A DNA stretch of 64,000 bases. Source: Camelus ferus. Taxonomy: Eukaryota. The stretch lies in contig NC_045696.1 in the NCBI RefSeq assembly GCF_009834535.1, positions 81,842,001 to 81,906,000 of the forward strand. Reading direction: 5' to 3'. Each line of letters opens with the position of its first letter. Position 1 is the stretch's first letter. A program made the translations under genes and the position numbers. Of this stretch, positions 26,571 to 37,854 are shown piece after piece. The notes beneath the pieces were generated by a model. It searched no databases. It had not been told where the DNA came from and was given only the letters and a program-made list of their open reading frames with translations.

Positions 26571-27797
26571 GAGGAACAGCTAGCCGCCCTCCCCCCCACC
26601 GCCCCCCGCCTCGCTCACACTGATAATAAAACCCTGCGCTGGAGTTATGGCCTCCAAAATGGGATTCTCTCACTAGGCGGGCAGCGATCGCTAGGAGAGA
26701 TTGGGAGCGCCTCTCCTCCTGCTGCAGGGGAAACTGGGGCTCAGGCAGCACACCCCCTCACGTGAGAAGGCAGGCAGCAGCCTCAGAGAAGGAGGCGGGT
26801 GAGTGGGCACACGCATCCGTAAGAGGACACTTCCCATTCAAGCCAGCGGTTGTGAGGAGGGCAAGGGATGTGGGGACCTACAGCCCTCCTTGTCCACACC
26901 CCTCAGTGCCTCTTGCTCCATTCGTGTCCACGGCCATCGCACTCTGACAAGTTTTTAGGAGGCAGGGACGGCCCTCCAACATCGTCACGTAACTTGTGTC
27001 CTTACAAACACTGTATCATAACTCAGCAAATATTTTGGTCAACATGAAGATTGTCTTCTCTCCATAAGTAATTTAGAAATTGTTTCCACTAAGCTATAAT
27101 CTCCTAATGTACACAAATATCTACAAAAAAATGACTAACCCAAATGGATATTTCCAAAGAGGAAACTTTTGCCAATTATTATACTATCAGCTAACAAAAT
27201 TAGTACTTTTGGAAAAATACTGCCAAAATACATTGTAATCTTTTTTTTTTTCTTTTTTAGAGCAGACTCATAACTAGACAGAGTTTCTAGAATAGAAAAT
27301 AAACAAAAATCAATTCAATATATCTGTCTTTCTTCAAAATTCCCAAATACCTACACACATATGTTTAAGTGAAATGCATGAGGTATTTTTACCTAAAGAT
27401 CCAATAAAATGAGATTGTTTTATAGTTCCCTTTATACGTAGGCAATTTCTTTACTAAGCGTTCAGAGCAGATAAAGGAGTTTAGCGTGTAATGCTCGGCA
27501 CTTGGTACACAATGGCTGCCTTTTTATCTATGACAGAGGAGCCATAACATCGCTCCACTTAAGAAACCTAGAGAGCATTTAGGTTACACTTTTATCACCA
27601 TGCATTACCACCATGATACAGTGAATAAAATATAACTTTTTAATTATTCAGGGCAGTGCAGAATGACTTGTTCTTGAATCACTGTCCAGGTTCCCTATAA
27701 ATTACTAGTCGAGATTAACGAAAAAATTTCATATTGATGGATGATACCTCTGGATACAACAGAATATTAAAGGCCAGTTTTGCAGACAGTCTGTTAT

Positions 27798-27803
27798 TTT
27801 ATT
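27798..27803 (-). terminator. CLDN11: CLDN11 polyadenylation signal
   Basis: Minus strand tgtgcAATAAAataacagactgtctgc, about 1.04 kb downstream of the stop codon. Confidence 0.75.
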
Positions 27804-28839
27804 GCACAGATTTCATTTAAAGAACAAAATGCACCATCAATGTTTGGAGACTTTGGGGCCTCAGATACTGATACGCCACTAGTGTTTACACCCGTAAAGC
27901 CAAATTCAACAGTACAATTTATGTTAAACAATATCACTTCAAGACAGCTAACAGAATGGAAATAGAGAGAAAGGGGGAAAAGCTTTAAAAATGTGTTAAG
28001 TTGAAGCATATGCAAGTGTAGGATTAAAAACTACATCATACAAACCTGGAAATCAAACATGTTTTGTGGAATGTCAGAGTTATACTCACTTGTACAGTTA
28101 CTTATGGTATCATTAAACTCTGTTTGGTTCATTTCCTTCATACTGACGAGTTGAGAATTTCAGGAAAACCATGGTTATAAAAATGATCAATCTTGAAAAA
28201 GTATGTACAGATAAATGTAAAACCACAAACTAAAAAACATCCCCACCCGCTTGCCCTCAACTTACAAAAGGGAAACTTCCCCGTGGAGGGAAAGTTCCAC
28301 GATTCCCCTCCCTCCCCCGCCCCATGTCCCCAATTCTGTCTTTTTCTGTTGCTTACAACTAAATGACCTTGGAGCTGAGAGGAGGGAGGGAACAGAGAGG
28401 CATCTTTATGCAGCTCCCATTGTCATCTGTAACAGTTTGAAAGTGTCTTTTATTTCTCTACCCACACCCAGCTCAGCAATGTTTGCAAGACATTTAAAAT
28501 TTAAAGAGAGAGAGGAACTTTTTCTTCATATATATATATGTATATGTATATATGTACATATACATATATATGACAAAAGAATACCTAAGAGAGAAGAGCT
28601 AATAGTGGGCAAGACCATGAAAAACATATGTGGCATTATTTGAGCTAAAGATTTCTTGTAAGGCAACAAAAGGAGAGTGGGGTGTTAAGACTACAAAATG
28701 CCAGATAGGATGCTTTTTTAGACCTTTGGCTTTGGAGCCTAGCAGAGGAGTGGGCTTCCCACCCCCTCACTGTGGCAAGCAAACCTAGGGCCAGGGGCCC
28801 AGTATCGACAGCACCTCCGTGGGCAGGCCAGCAGCTCTC

Positions 28840-29072
28840 TTATACATGGGCACTCTTGGCATGAGTAGGGGAACTGGAGCCGGAAGAGTAGTAGAAACGG
28901 TTTTCACCAAACGACTGGGCATCTCCAGCGCAGCAGACGATGACACAGCCACCCACGAGGCACAGCACAGCACCGATCCAGCCCGCGTACAGGGAGTAGC
29001 CAAAGCTCACGATGGTGGTCTCACGGTGGGCGCACACGGGAAACCAGATGGTGGCAACCATGGCACAGAGAG
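28840..29072 (-). CDS. CLDN11: Claudin-11 exon 3 coding part (233 nt including stop)
   Basis: Acceptor ctccccAG|CT, phase 1. (A)LCAMVATIWFPVCAHRETTIVSFGYSLYAGWIG...SSSPTHAKSAHV-TAA. Exons sum to 226+165+233=624 nt = 207 aa plus stop. Confidence 0.97.
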
Positions 29073-30309
29073 CTGGGGAGACATGGAGAGGGCTGTGACT
29101 GGGCATACCCATCACACACCAAGCCGCCAGCAGGCTCCCCTTACTCCACGTACACACCCCTCTGGCTTCCAACCAACTCCCAAAACTCAGTACATAGAGC
29201 TCTGATCCCTCAGGGGCAATCTGAACCTAAAGGTTTGCACCTACAGAATAAGCAGATCAAAAGCTTGTGTCAGACTGCTAGGTCCGTATTTTTTCAACAG
29301 GTGGCAGAGACAAAGCAACTCCAATGTAAAAACCTAGAAACAAATCATTTAAGTCCAAAAAATATGTATTTGTATTTACACATGTATCTTGACTATATAT
29401 ACCTATTGATATAATTTTATTATTTCACTTACCTAATTGCATTATAATTATCTCTTTGCAAGTTCTGAGTTCCTTGAAGGCCAGGCCCATGTCTTACTTA
29501 TGTTTGTAAAATCAGTGTTTAGCTAAGCAAGAAGCACATAGTATGTGCTCAGTGTATACCAGTGACATGATGGATGACCTAAGCTATTTAGAAATGAGAA
29601 ACAAGATGGTGCCCACTTCAATTTGTACTCCATCTTTTCATTTTGGTCAATTCACAGTACAAAGACCCAAGGAAGCTATGCAAATTCCCTTGCTGTGGTG
29701 AATACTGCTGGACATCAGTGGAGTATCAGCTAAGAATCTGAGTTTGTATTATGCTGTTCACAATCACAAGATATCAACACACACGAACAGTTCTGAGTAA
29801 AAGAAGTTATCCATTGAAGGATTTTTATAATGATGATATTTGTTGTGGGTCACAATGGTAGAACTTTATGGTCTTGCACCAACCAGCCTAACTTTCAGAT
29901 TTGGTTTAGATTTTAAAGAATCAGATAAGAAACAGCCTCTGCATCATTTAATTCTTCCCCTTCTCCTAAGCAAAGTAACAAAACAGGGCAGGCAGGAGTC
30001 TATAAAGACTTAAAAATATTTTAAACCTCTACCCTAGCACTGTCAAATAGACAGTGGGCTACGTGGGCTACTGAAGGTTTCTTATGAGGTAAGTGAGACT
30101 GAAAACCAAATTTTAAACTTTAATTAATTTAAATTTAAATGACCACATATGCCTAGTGGCTAATGTACTAAACAACAAAGCTTTAGACAAAGTAACTCCA
30201 TACTTTTTTTGATATCATCTGATTTCTCACAACTGCAGCAGAACAGAAATTTTAGTCAAAGCTTTAAGTTGGGATGGCACATTAAAGTTGACAGTCCAAA
30301 AAAATAATA

Positions 30310-30353
<44 letters not shown>
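30310..30353. repeat. (TGA)n microsatellite in CLDN11 intron 2
   Basis: About 14 uninterrupted GAT units preceded by (AAT)3. Confidence 0.9.
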
Positions 30354-30354
<1 letters not shown>

Positions 30355-31990
30355 TGTCCAATCATTATTCAGAAAGCCTTTAGTAAATTCAAAGCAGTGG
30401 GTTTGCTCCAATTGGCTTTCTAACAGCCTAAATTCATTCCATTAATTCTAAACTATTCATACATTTAAAGAGTTTGTACAGATTATCTAAGAAGCTAAAA
30501 TCTACCCATGTGTTAATGGCTTCATTTTATTTAAAGAGTAAAACACAATCATGCCAGTTTCTGTAAAATTTTTATATGAGGTATCATGAGAAGATGTGTT
30601 TTCTTCCTACAAATAGAATATTCTCAAGAAGACCAGTTGATCTGGTCGATTTCCAGCCCAAGGCTTTGACTATGTTGAGATACAGGAAAAGGTATTTTTT
30701 TCTCTCCTCCTCTGGACACGGATTCCAAATCTGGCACTCTTGGAGAAGCGCTTGGCTATTGTCATGGTTACACTCTCAACAAAGCATAGAGAGATAACTT
30801 TTCTTCATCAGCCAGAGACAAGAACTGTTCTAGATTCTTCATATCAATACACAATCCAGCTACACACACCTATAAGCCAAAAGGAGGCAAAAACAGCAAC
30901 CTAGCAAGGGTTTCCAAACACTCAAGCTTGATTAGAGGGAAAAGGTGGGGAGAGAAGAGCTGAATTCCATAGGAAAAAAAAAAAAAAGACTTGATCCCAA
31001 ATGATTTGGTTCAAGTCAATCGATTTTTCCTATAAACAATTAACTTGTTTCAAAAGAGGTTATGGTTCAAATTCAGTTTTCTATTTTTCAATTACTGTGT
31101 ATTTACACATACCACACACACACAAAAGCATTCTCCACATTTCATGTACACCTCACCTAACTTTCAGATTTGGTTCAGATTTTATAGAATAAGATTTTTT
31201 TTAATTGCCTGTAATTTCACTGAATTCTTCCCCTTTGCCTAAGCAAAGTAATAAAACAGGTTATCTTCAGGTAGGGAAAGAATCATCCTCAATTTTCCAA
31301 AAGTAACCTTCAGGGATTTTGTTAGATTTTATTCCAAAATAATTCACTAGAAAAAGGGAAAAATCAGAAAACTGTCTAAACATTTAAATAATGAACCGAT
31401 AGGACTGGATGAGTGAATGGGTGGATGGATGGACAGACAGATGGAGAAATGAAAGACCGTCTCATTTCTAGTCTATTCTCCACCTCATCCACACCAAAAC
31501 TGACTTCCAAAATTATAAAACCTTAATGTGACTTTAACACACTTAAAGCGACAAGCTCTCGATTTACCTCATTGAAGATTTCCTGCTTTTACAAGGCATG
31601 CAAGACAAGGCAAATGAGTGCCAGCAGGCTCTTTATTTCCTAGTAGATAATTGAACTCTGGGTGGAATTCCTGTGGCTCTCAAAGATGGACCACATCAAA
31701 ACCACTGAAAGATGACAGACCGCCACACAACATGAAGGGAAATGAGGGGTTTGCTGGGAACAGTGACCTTCAACTGAACTCACAATGAAGAATGTTTAAA
31801 AACTAAAGAAGGAGAGTTTACTCAGCTTCAGCATGATTTAAAGGGAAAAGGGACTATATTTCAATCAGTAAAGTTAAAAATGCAAGTCATACCATACTTA
31901 ACTAAAAGATGTGAAATATTAATAGAACTGGCAATAATTTTTGGCTTTCTTAAAGACATAGAAGGCCTGCTAGATTTATTTCTATTTGCA

Positions 31991-31992
<2 letters not shown>

Positions 31993-32046
<54 letters not shown>
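31993..32046. repeat. (CA)n microsatellite in CLDN11 intron 2
   Basis: About 27 perfect CA units. Confidence 0.95.
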
Positions 32047-32050
<4 letters not shown>

Positions 32051-35000
32051 TTGTAATGATTCTCTACATATTTGGGGAAAAATAAGAAAATGTTCTTTAA
32101 AAGTCACAGCTACCTATAAGGTAAGGAAAATTGAAGGAAGATAAAGGGAATTTTTGTTTCTTTTTATGTCATGAGAATTTATTTTTAAATGAAGTCTTTA
32201 GAAATAAAAGTAGGGGAATTTTAACATGCAAATTTTTCATTCTTTCTCCCCTTCTACCTTCAGAAGATGCGATAGTTAACTGCACAAGAGGGAAAAAAAA
32301 TCTGCCACTTGTGGGAGGGTAGAAAGTGAAAATTGGGGATATCTTCATCTTAAAAAACAAAAGAAGAAGGGGGGAAGAAAGCTGCACTGTGTAGGTATAG
32401 ATCGATCTGGACTGGGTCCTCTCACAAGCAGAATTCCTTGCTTTTCATAGAATAAAATTGTTTGCCTCTTTTGATAAGTTTCAAATAATCTAATGCAATC
32501 AGTACTTTAGTTGATAGAAAACAACCTTACTAAAAGTTAGCAATGATCTTGATGTAGCCAAACACAGAAAATATTTGAAAACGCAGTTTTCAAGCAATGA
32601 AATGTTAAGTGTAGCTTTTCATCTCTTTAGGGATTATATGACACATGGTACTACATGGAGCTAAATAAATGTGATGAAGTTAAATATAGTTGGTACAGGT
32701 ATGTTTGGTTTTGGCAGTAACAACTTACAGAGATAGCCAAAGAAGCCCAGAAAGACAGAAGAGCAGTGGACCCTCACATTTCTTCCTTCCTCCAATGAAC
32801 ACATGTCTTCCAGCTTTTGTCACTTTCAGCACTAAGCATTGAAAGGACTTTTAAAAACATCATTTCTAGCACAAAACACTATTTTCATTGAAATCACTTA
32901 AATTATTCTGACTTACATTAGTAATACTGGAGGAAAAGAAAAAAAAATCCTCCTTGATCTCATATCTGAGATTGGCTTCAAAAAAAAAAAACATCTGGGG
33001 ATGGAAGAAAAGGAGAAGTACAAAGACCAAGCACATTGGCCGTGAGTTGATCATTACTGGGAATGAATCTGGGTTCCTGGGCATTCATTATACTATGCTT
33101 TCTATGTTTGTGTGTGTTTAAAATTTTCCACAATAAAAACTTTTTAAAAAATCTCCCTCCATTTAACATTTACAATGCACCGAATGCTGTCTTCTATGAC
33201 TGATGCTATTACATCCCGTGCTGTAACTACCAATTCACTTTAGCTCTTCACAAAGAGGTCAGTTGACTCAAGGCAACAAGCAATGAGATCTCTAACGAGC
33301 TGTCGGTTGGAGTCATATGTATTTGTTGTTTTCCTAATAATTTGAAACCAGAGGATTTTTATTTTTCATTTGTCCTTCTCTAAATTTTGACTGAAGAAAA
33401 CGTAGCTGCCAAAGGACCCACACCTCTTAGACAATGACTTTTATGAAGATCTAATATTTATAACACTCATCAAGTCAGTGGAATATTTGAGTACATTATT
33501 TTCCTGGCCTGCTTTCAACATTTTCCCCCTTTATTTCTATTCCACACATCATTATCTCTTTTTTTTCCTATAACACTTTTTCAAAGTCAGCTTTGTGGTT
33601 GTCAATTAAAAAAAAAAAAAAAAACCACAGAATTTAGAGACAAGAGAGACCTCATAAAGCAGTTAATTCCTCCAGTTTCACTGATAAGGTCATTTTAAGC
33701 CACAACCACACCAAGATGCCACATACTTTTCTCTACCCAAATGGAATTTGATTTAGGAACTTGTTTGTGTAAAGCTAATGAGTTTGGAAGAAGACTTTTT
33801 CTAACTATTGTCTTAATGCTCCAGGATTAAGGGCATCACTGTTTATTCCACACCCAAGGATTCCCAGTCCCTGAGGACATCTTATTTTGTGTGCATGACA
33901 AGCTCAATTTGTCCCACATTTGCATATACCCTTTATTTCACAGCAATTTCATTATTAAGCTATAAGTTTCAAGTTAAAAACTTTTTTTCCAATGCAAATA
34001 GGATTCCTGGGGCCATGTTTTTTAAAAGGGGAAGAGAAGACAAAGGATTCCACTTAAGAAGGAAAATACATTTCCTTTCCTTTTGTTCCCTACCCCGTCT
34101 CCCCCAGGAACACCCAAATCAAGTACTTCTAACTTACAGCAAAGTGAGAATTAGACTCAGTCAGAACTAAGCTTGAGAATTTTCAGCTGCATAGCTTATG
34201 GTGGCTTTTCATAATGGAATAAGCAAAAAACTCAAAACTATTGATCCTACACTCTGGTTTCTACAAAGTAAAGCAAGGAAATAGTTCCATTAGACTAGGC
34301 TGTGACCTGGTGTTTCCAGGAACAGCTCACCGTCTCCCCTTACCAGTTCCACGTGTGGAGATGACTCTGCAGAAGTCAGACAGACGGACTACCAGTTGCC
34401 TTCTAGGTTAGCTCTCTATTTCCTCTCACTAACAACAGCAGTAAAAAAGCCACCTTTTGCTGAGGACTTATCGCTTATATACATCATTTCCCTATTTTTA
34501 GCAACCTCAAAAGTAGACAGTATTGTGCCCATTTTATCTAAAGGCTCAGAGACATGAAGTAACCGCCCCCATTCACACAGCTAGAAAATGGTAGTTCCAA
34601 GATCTAGCGCAGTTGGTCTGACTCCAAATGATAAGACACAGCACCCCAGGACCTAGGTACCTCCTGCCTTGGCAGGGGTTCTTGAAAAGTCACAGATTAG
34701 CTTGGCCTCAGATCCATCCTGGATCTGGAAGCCTGCTGCTCCTTGAGCTACTCATCTGGCTTAAGAAGCCGGCAGCATCAGGCTCCCAGTCCCTCCCTCA
34801 CAGCAGGAACCAAATCCAAACACTGCTGAACTGAGACTGCCAAGAAGATAAAGCTGACATAATTTTTTTAAGCTTTCAGAAAAACAATTAAAGATTTTCA
34901 GGCTCAGAAAGAATTGATTTTAATTAATAGTTCTTACAGTTTTCAGACCAAGATGAGTTTTCACCCTGTTTCCAGTTCCCAGGCCCCCACACCCCAGTAT

Positions 35001-35685
35001 GCCTGGTCCCCCTTTGGTGAGGGACCACATCTCAAGTGGAGCACTGTCGGTGACCCCTAGCACCCAGCACTGGCTTCTCCGGGGGCAGCGACAGAGCCCA
35101 TCCCCAGCGCACAAAGGGAGCCTTCACTCTCTGGCTCCTCCCACCCCCTGCCAGCAGGGGAAACAAGGCACTCGGGCTCCCTGCGGAGAAGACCCAGAGA
35201 AGACCAGCAGGTGCCACACTTGAGACAATGAGCTTTACATTTCCAGAGCTAGCTTGGTCCAGTCAAAACAACATCCAACCCAAAGGCAGGTGGTGACACA
35301 CTGGGAAATAAATCTGGTCGGGAACAATCAATGAGGACATAGGTAACACTGGAGACACAAGGCTACAGGAGGGCCAGGTGCGGTGCTCTCGTCCCCTCCT
35401 AACAGCGAGTGGCCAGAACGGGGCAGCCGATCCCTGGGGAATGGGTAGCAGTCACTCAGCACCCCCTCTGTCATTTCCTTCCAGGCAGCAAGCAGAGGAA
35501 CTCACAGCACTGCCTCCCCTCCTCTCACTTTACTCTCTATGATTCTGTCTGTATCCACCAACCCCCTTGAAAAAGATAAACTTTATTTAATTCAGCTAGG
35601 AAGTTCCAAACAATTGGTTGCTATTTTTTTTAAGTAACCCTTATATTCAACTGGACAATTCAATGGTTTTCAGGCTTTTTAAAAA

Positions 35686-35810
35686 TATATTTATTTTATT
35701 TGGGGGGGTTATTATGTTTATTTATTTATTTTGATGGAGGTACTGGGGATTGAACCCAGGACCTCATGCATGCTAAGCACACACTCTACAACTGAGCTAT
35801 ACCCTTCCCC
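35686..35810 (-). mobile_element. Camelid-type tRNA-derived SINE in CLDN11 intron 2
   Basis: Same tRNA-Ala-like head and A-rich tail as the other copies. Flanking repeat caggcttttt at 35671 and 35811. Confidence 0.85.
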
Positions 35811-37689
35811 CAGGCTTTTTTAAAATACCAATTTGTATGTATGATTTTGCTTTTATATCTTTCTTTTCTACTGGATTTGGGGTTTTTTTTTTTAATGTAT
35901 TCTCTTACATGTGGGTATTCTGTGACTCTCATATAGAAGGCTGGAATTTCTAAAGGTGACTATTCACCCAACACAACAGACCCATCCTTTGGCTTTGGCT
36001 TTGGCTTTGGCTTTGACATCCTCAAAGCCAAAGAGAGAGCCTTGTGGGGCTTCTGTTGGAATGTGAGGAAAGTTACAACCACCAATGTCTCGGATGAGAA
36101 GGGTTTCACCTGGATTCTGCAAACCAGTTTACTTGTAGAGCTTTGGTCTCCCTACTGGAAAGGGAGTTCAGATACAAAGATCTGACCACCAAAAAGCATG
36201 ATGGAAATGGACCCTGTGAGTTGGATGAAGCACATAATGCTGACAGTGTGTTCCATGTGGCACTCACACACACATTCTATGCAGCTGGAACCAAAATGTC
36301 CATGCCCAGATTCTCCTCTGGAAATTACAGGTTTTCTGGTCTCTTCACTCCTTTTCATACATACACATCTACACAGACACAAGCCCCTCCTCTAAATTCT
36401 CTATGGCTTCACAAGCCCCTAAAAATTTCCATCCCTTTGCAATCAAGGGAAATGGCACCCCTACCTCTCATGTCCCCTCACCTCGGTGTCACTGTGGGTT
36501 ACCTTCACTAAGTGGCACTGACCCACACAAAACCCTGACTCCTTACCTTTCCCCCTCAAACACATGGCCCAATGCCAGCTGGGGGATGGGAATTCCTTGT
36601 CCCAGGAGAATCTGACTTTATATCTAACTCACATCCAGACTAACGTCTTCTCACAGAATTATCAGTGCACTCTGCAACAATAGCTGCTGTTCTTAAAATG
36701 CATATCTTCTATTAGGATTTAGAATGTGCTGGTGGAATTAGCCTTCAAAAAAAAAGACTAGAGAGAGATGAAATCACTGATGACAGCAGAGCTAGGAAGA
36801 CCCTCCCTGGGTTGTTAAATCAAGCCCCCTGCATGCAGGTGTAATCAGAAAAACTGAACGAGCACACACTGTGTCCTTGACCTGGGCTGTCCCTCTCTCC
36901 AATCCATGACCTGACCACCTTCTCTCCAACTGTCAAAACTCATCGCTGGACTCCTCTGCTCTGGGAAGCTCCTCTAGTCTGGGTCAGGTGCCTTCCTATG
37001 TGTGTGCACAGCCTGGGTACCTTTTATAGATGAGCACATACCACACTCTACCAAGATGTCCAAGTACATTCAAGGCAGAGATGGCTTTCTTTTTTCCAAT
37101 ATCCCCGGAGCCCACCAGGGTGCCTGGCCCTCAGCAGGTGCTCAATGAATGTTTATTGAATGAAAGATGGAATCATCACCTAGTGATCTTCCACCCTCAA
37201 CATCTGACTTTTCTCCTGCCCTCCTCTCTCTTGGGTCTTTCTTTATATGTTAACTGAACTTCTCAACACTGGCTGCATATAAACGTCATCTAGGAAGCTT
37301 TCAAAAAATATCTTTGCCTGGCCTGATGCCCAGAGATTATGACTCCATTGATCTGCTGTGGGACCTGGGCATGAGTGTTTCCAAAAAGGGATTCCATCGC
37401 GAAGCCTGAGTGGAGAACCACTATGTAACTCTCTTCCGTCCTTCTGGTCTCTCTCTTAGCTGTGTCTCAAAATCCTTTTATTTTTGTTGGTTTTTTAACT
37501 TATTTTCATGTTCAGTGACCCTTACAGACTACTTATTTCTCTGCATCAACTGCCTAGGAAACATGAAGGGATATACATTGTATCCATGCCTTCCTTGTGC
37601 ACATCTCTTGAGCTCAGTGAAGCAGTAGCAAAACCTGAGATTCTTTGGGTTCACTCGCAGTTGGGGTGCTCTATAGAAAGCCATCTTAC

Positions 37690-37854
37690 CCAGCAGAATG
37701 AGCATGACGCCAGCCAGCTGGGCCCGCCTGTACTTGGCCACGCCTGGCTCATGGCCCATTCGGATGAAGGGGAGAACTGTCAGCAGCAGGAGAATGGCCG
37801 GCAGACCCAGGACTGAGGCACCGATCATCAGGGCTCGGCAAGCCTGCACATAGC
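37690..37854 (-). CDS. CLDN11: Claudin-11 exon 2 (165 nt)
   Basis: Acceptor ttccAG|GC and donor G|GTAAGA. (G)YVQACRALMIGASVLGLPAILLLLTVLPFIRMGHEPGVAKYRRAQLAGVMLILL. Confidence 0.97.

Noticed and set aside
28645..28839. Open frame of about 64 codons after the CLDN11 stop (readthrough extension)
   Set aside because: The stop is TAA-G, not a leaky TGA-CTAG context, and the normal C-terminal -HV end is intact.
28785..29205. Alternative-frame and antisense ORFs over CLDN11 exon 3; similar ones over the SLC7A14 exon and SKIL 61065-61256
   Set aside because: Shadow ORFs of real coding exons.
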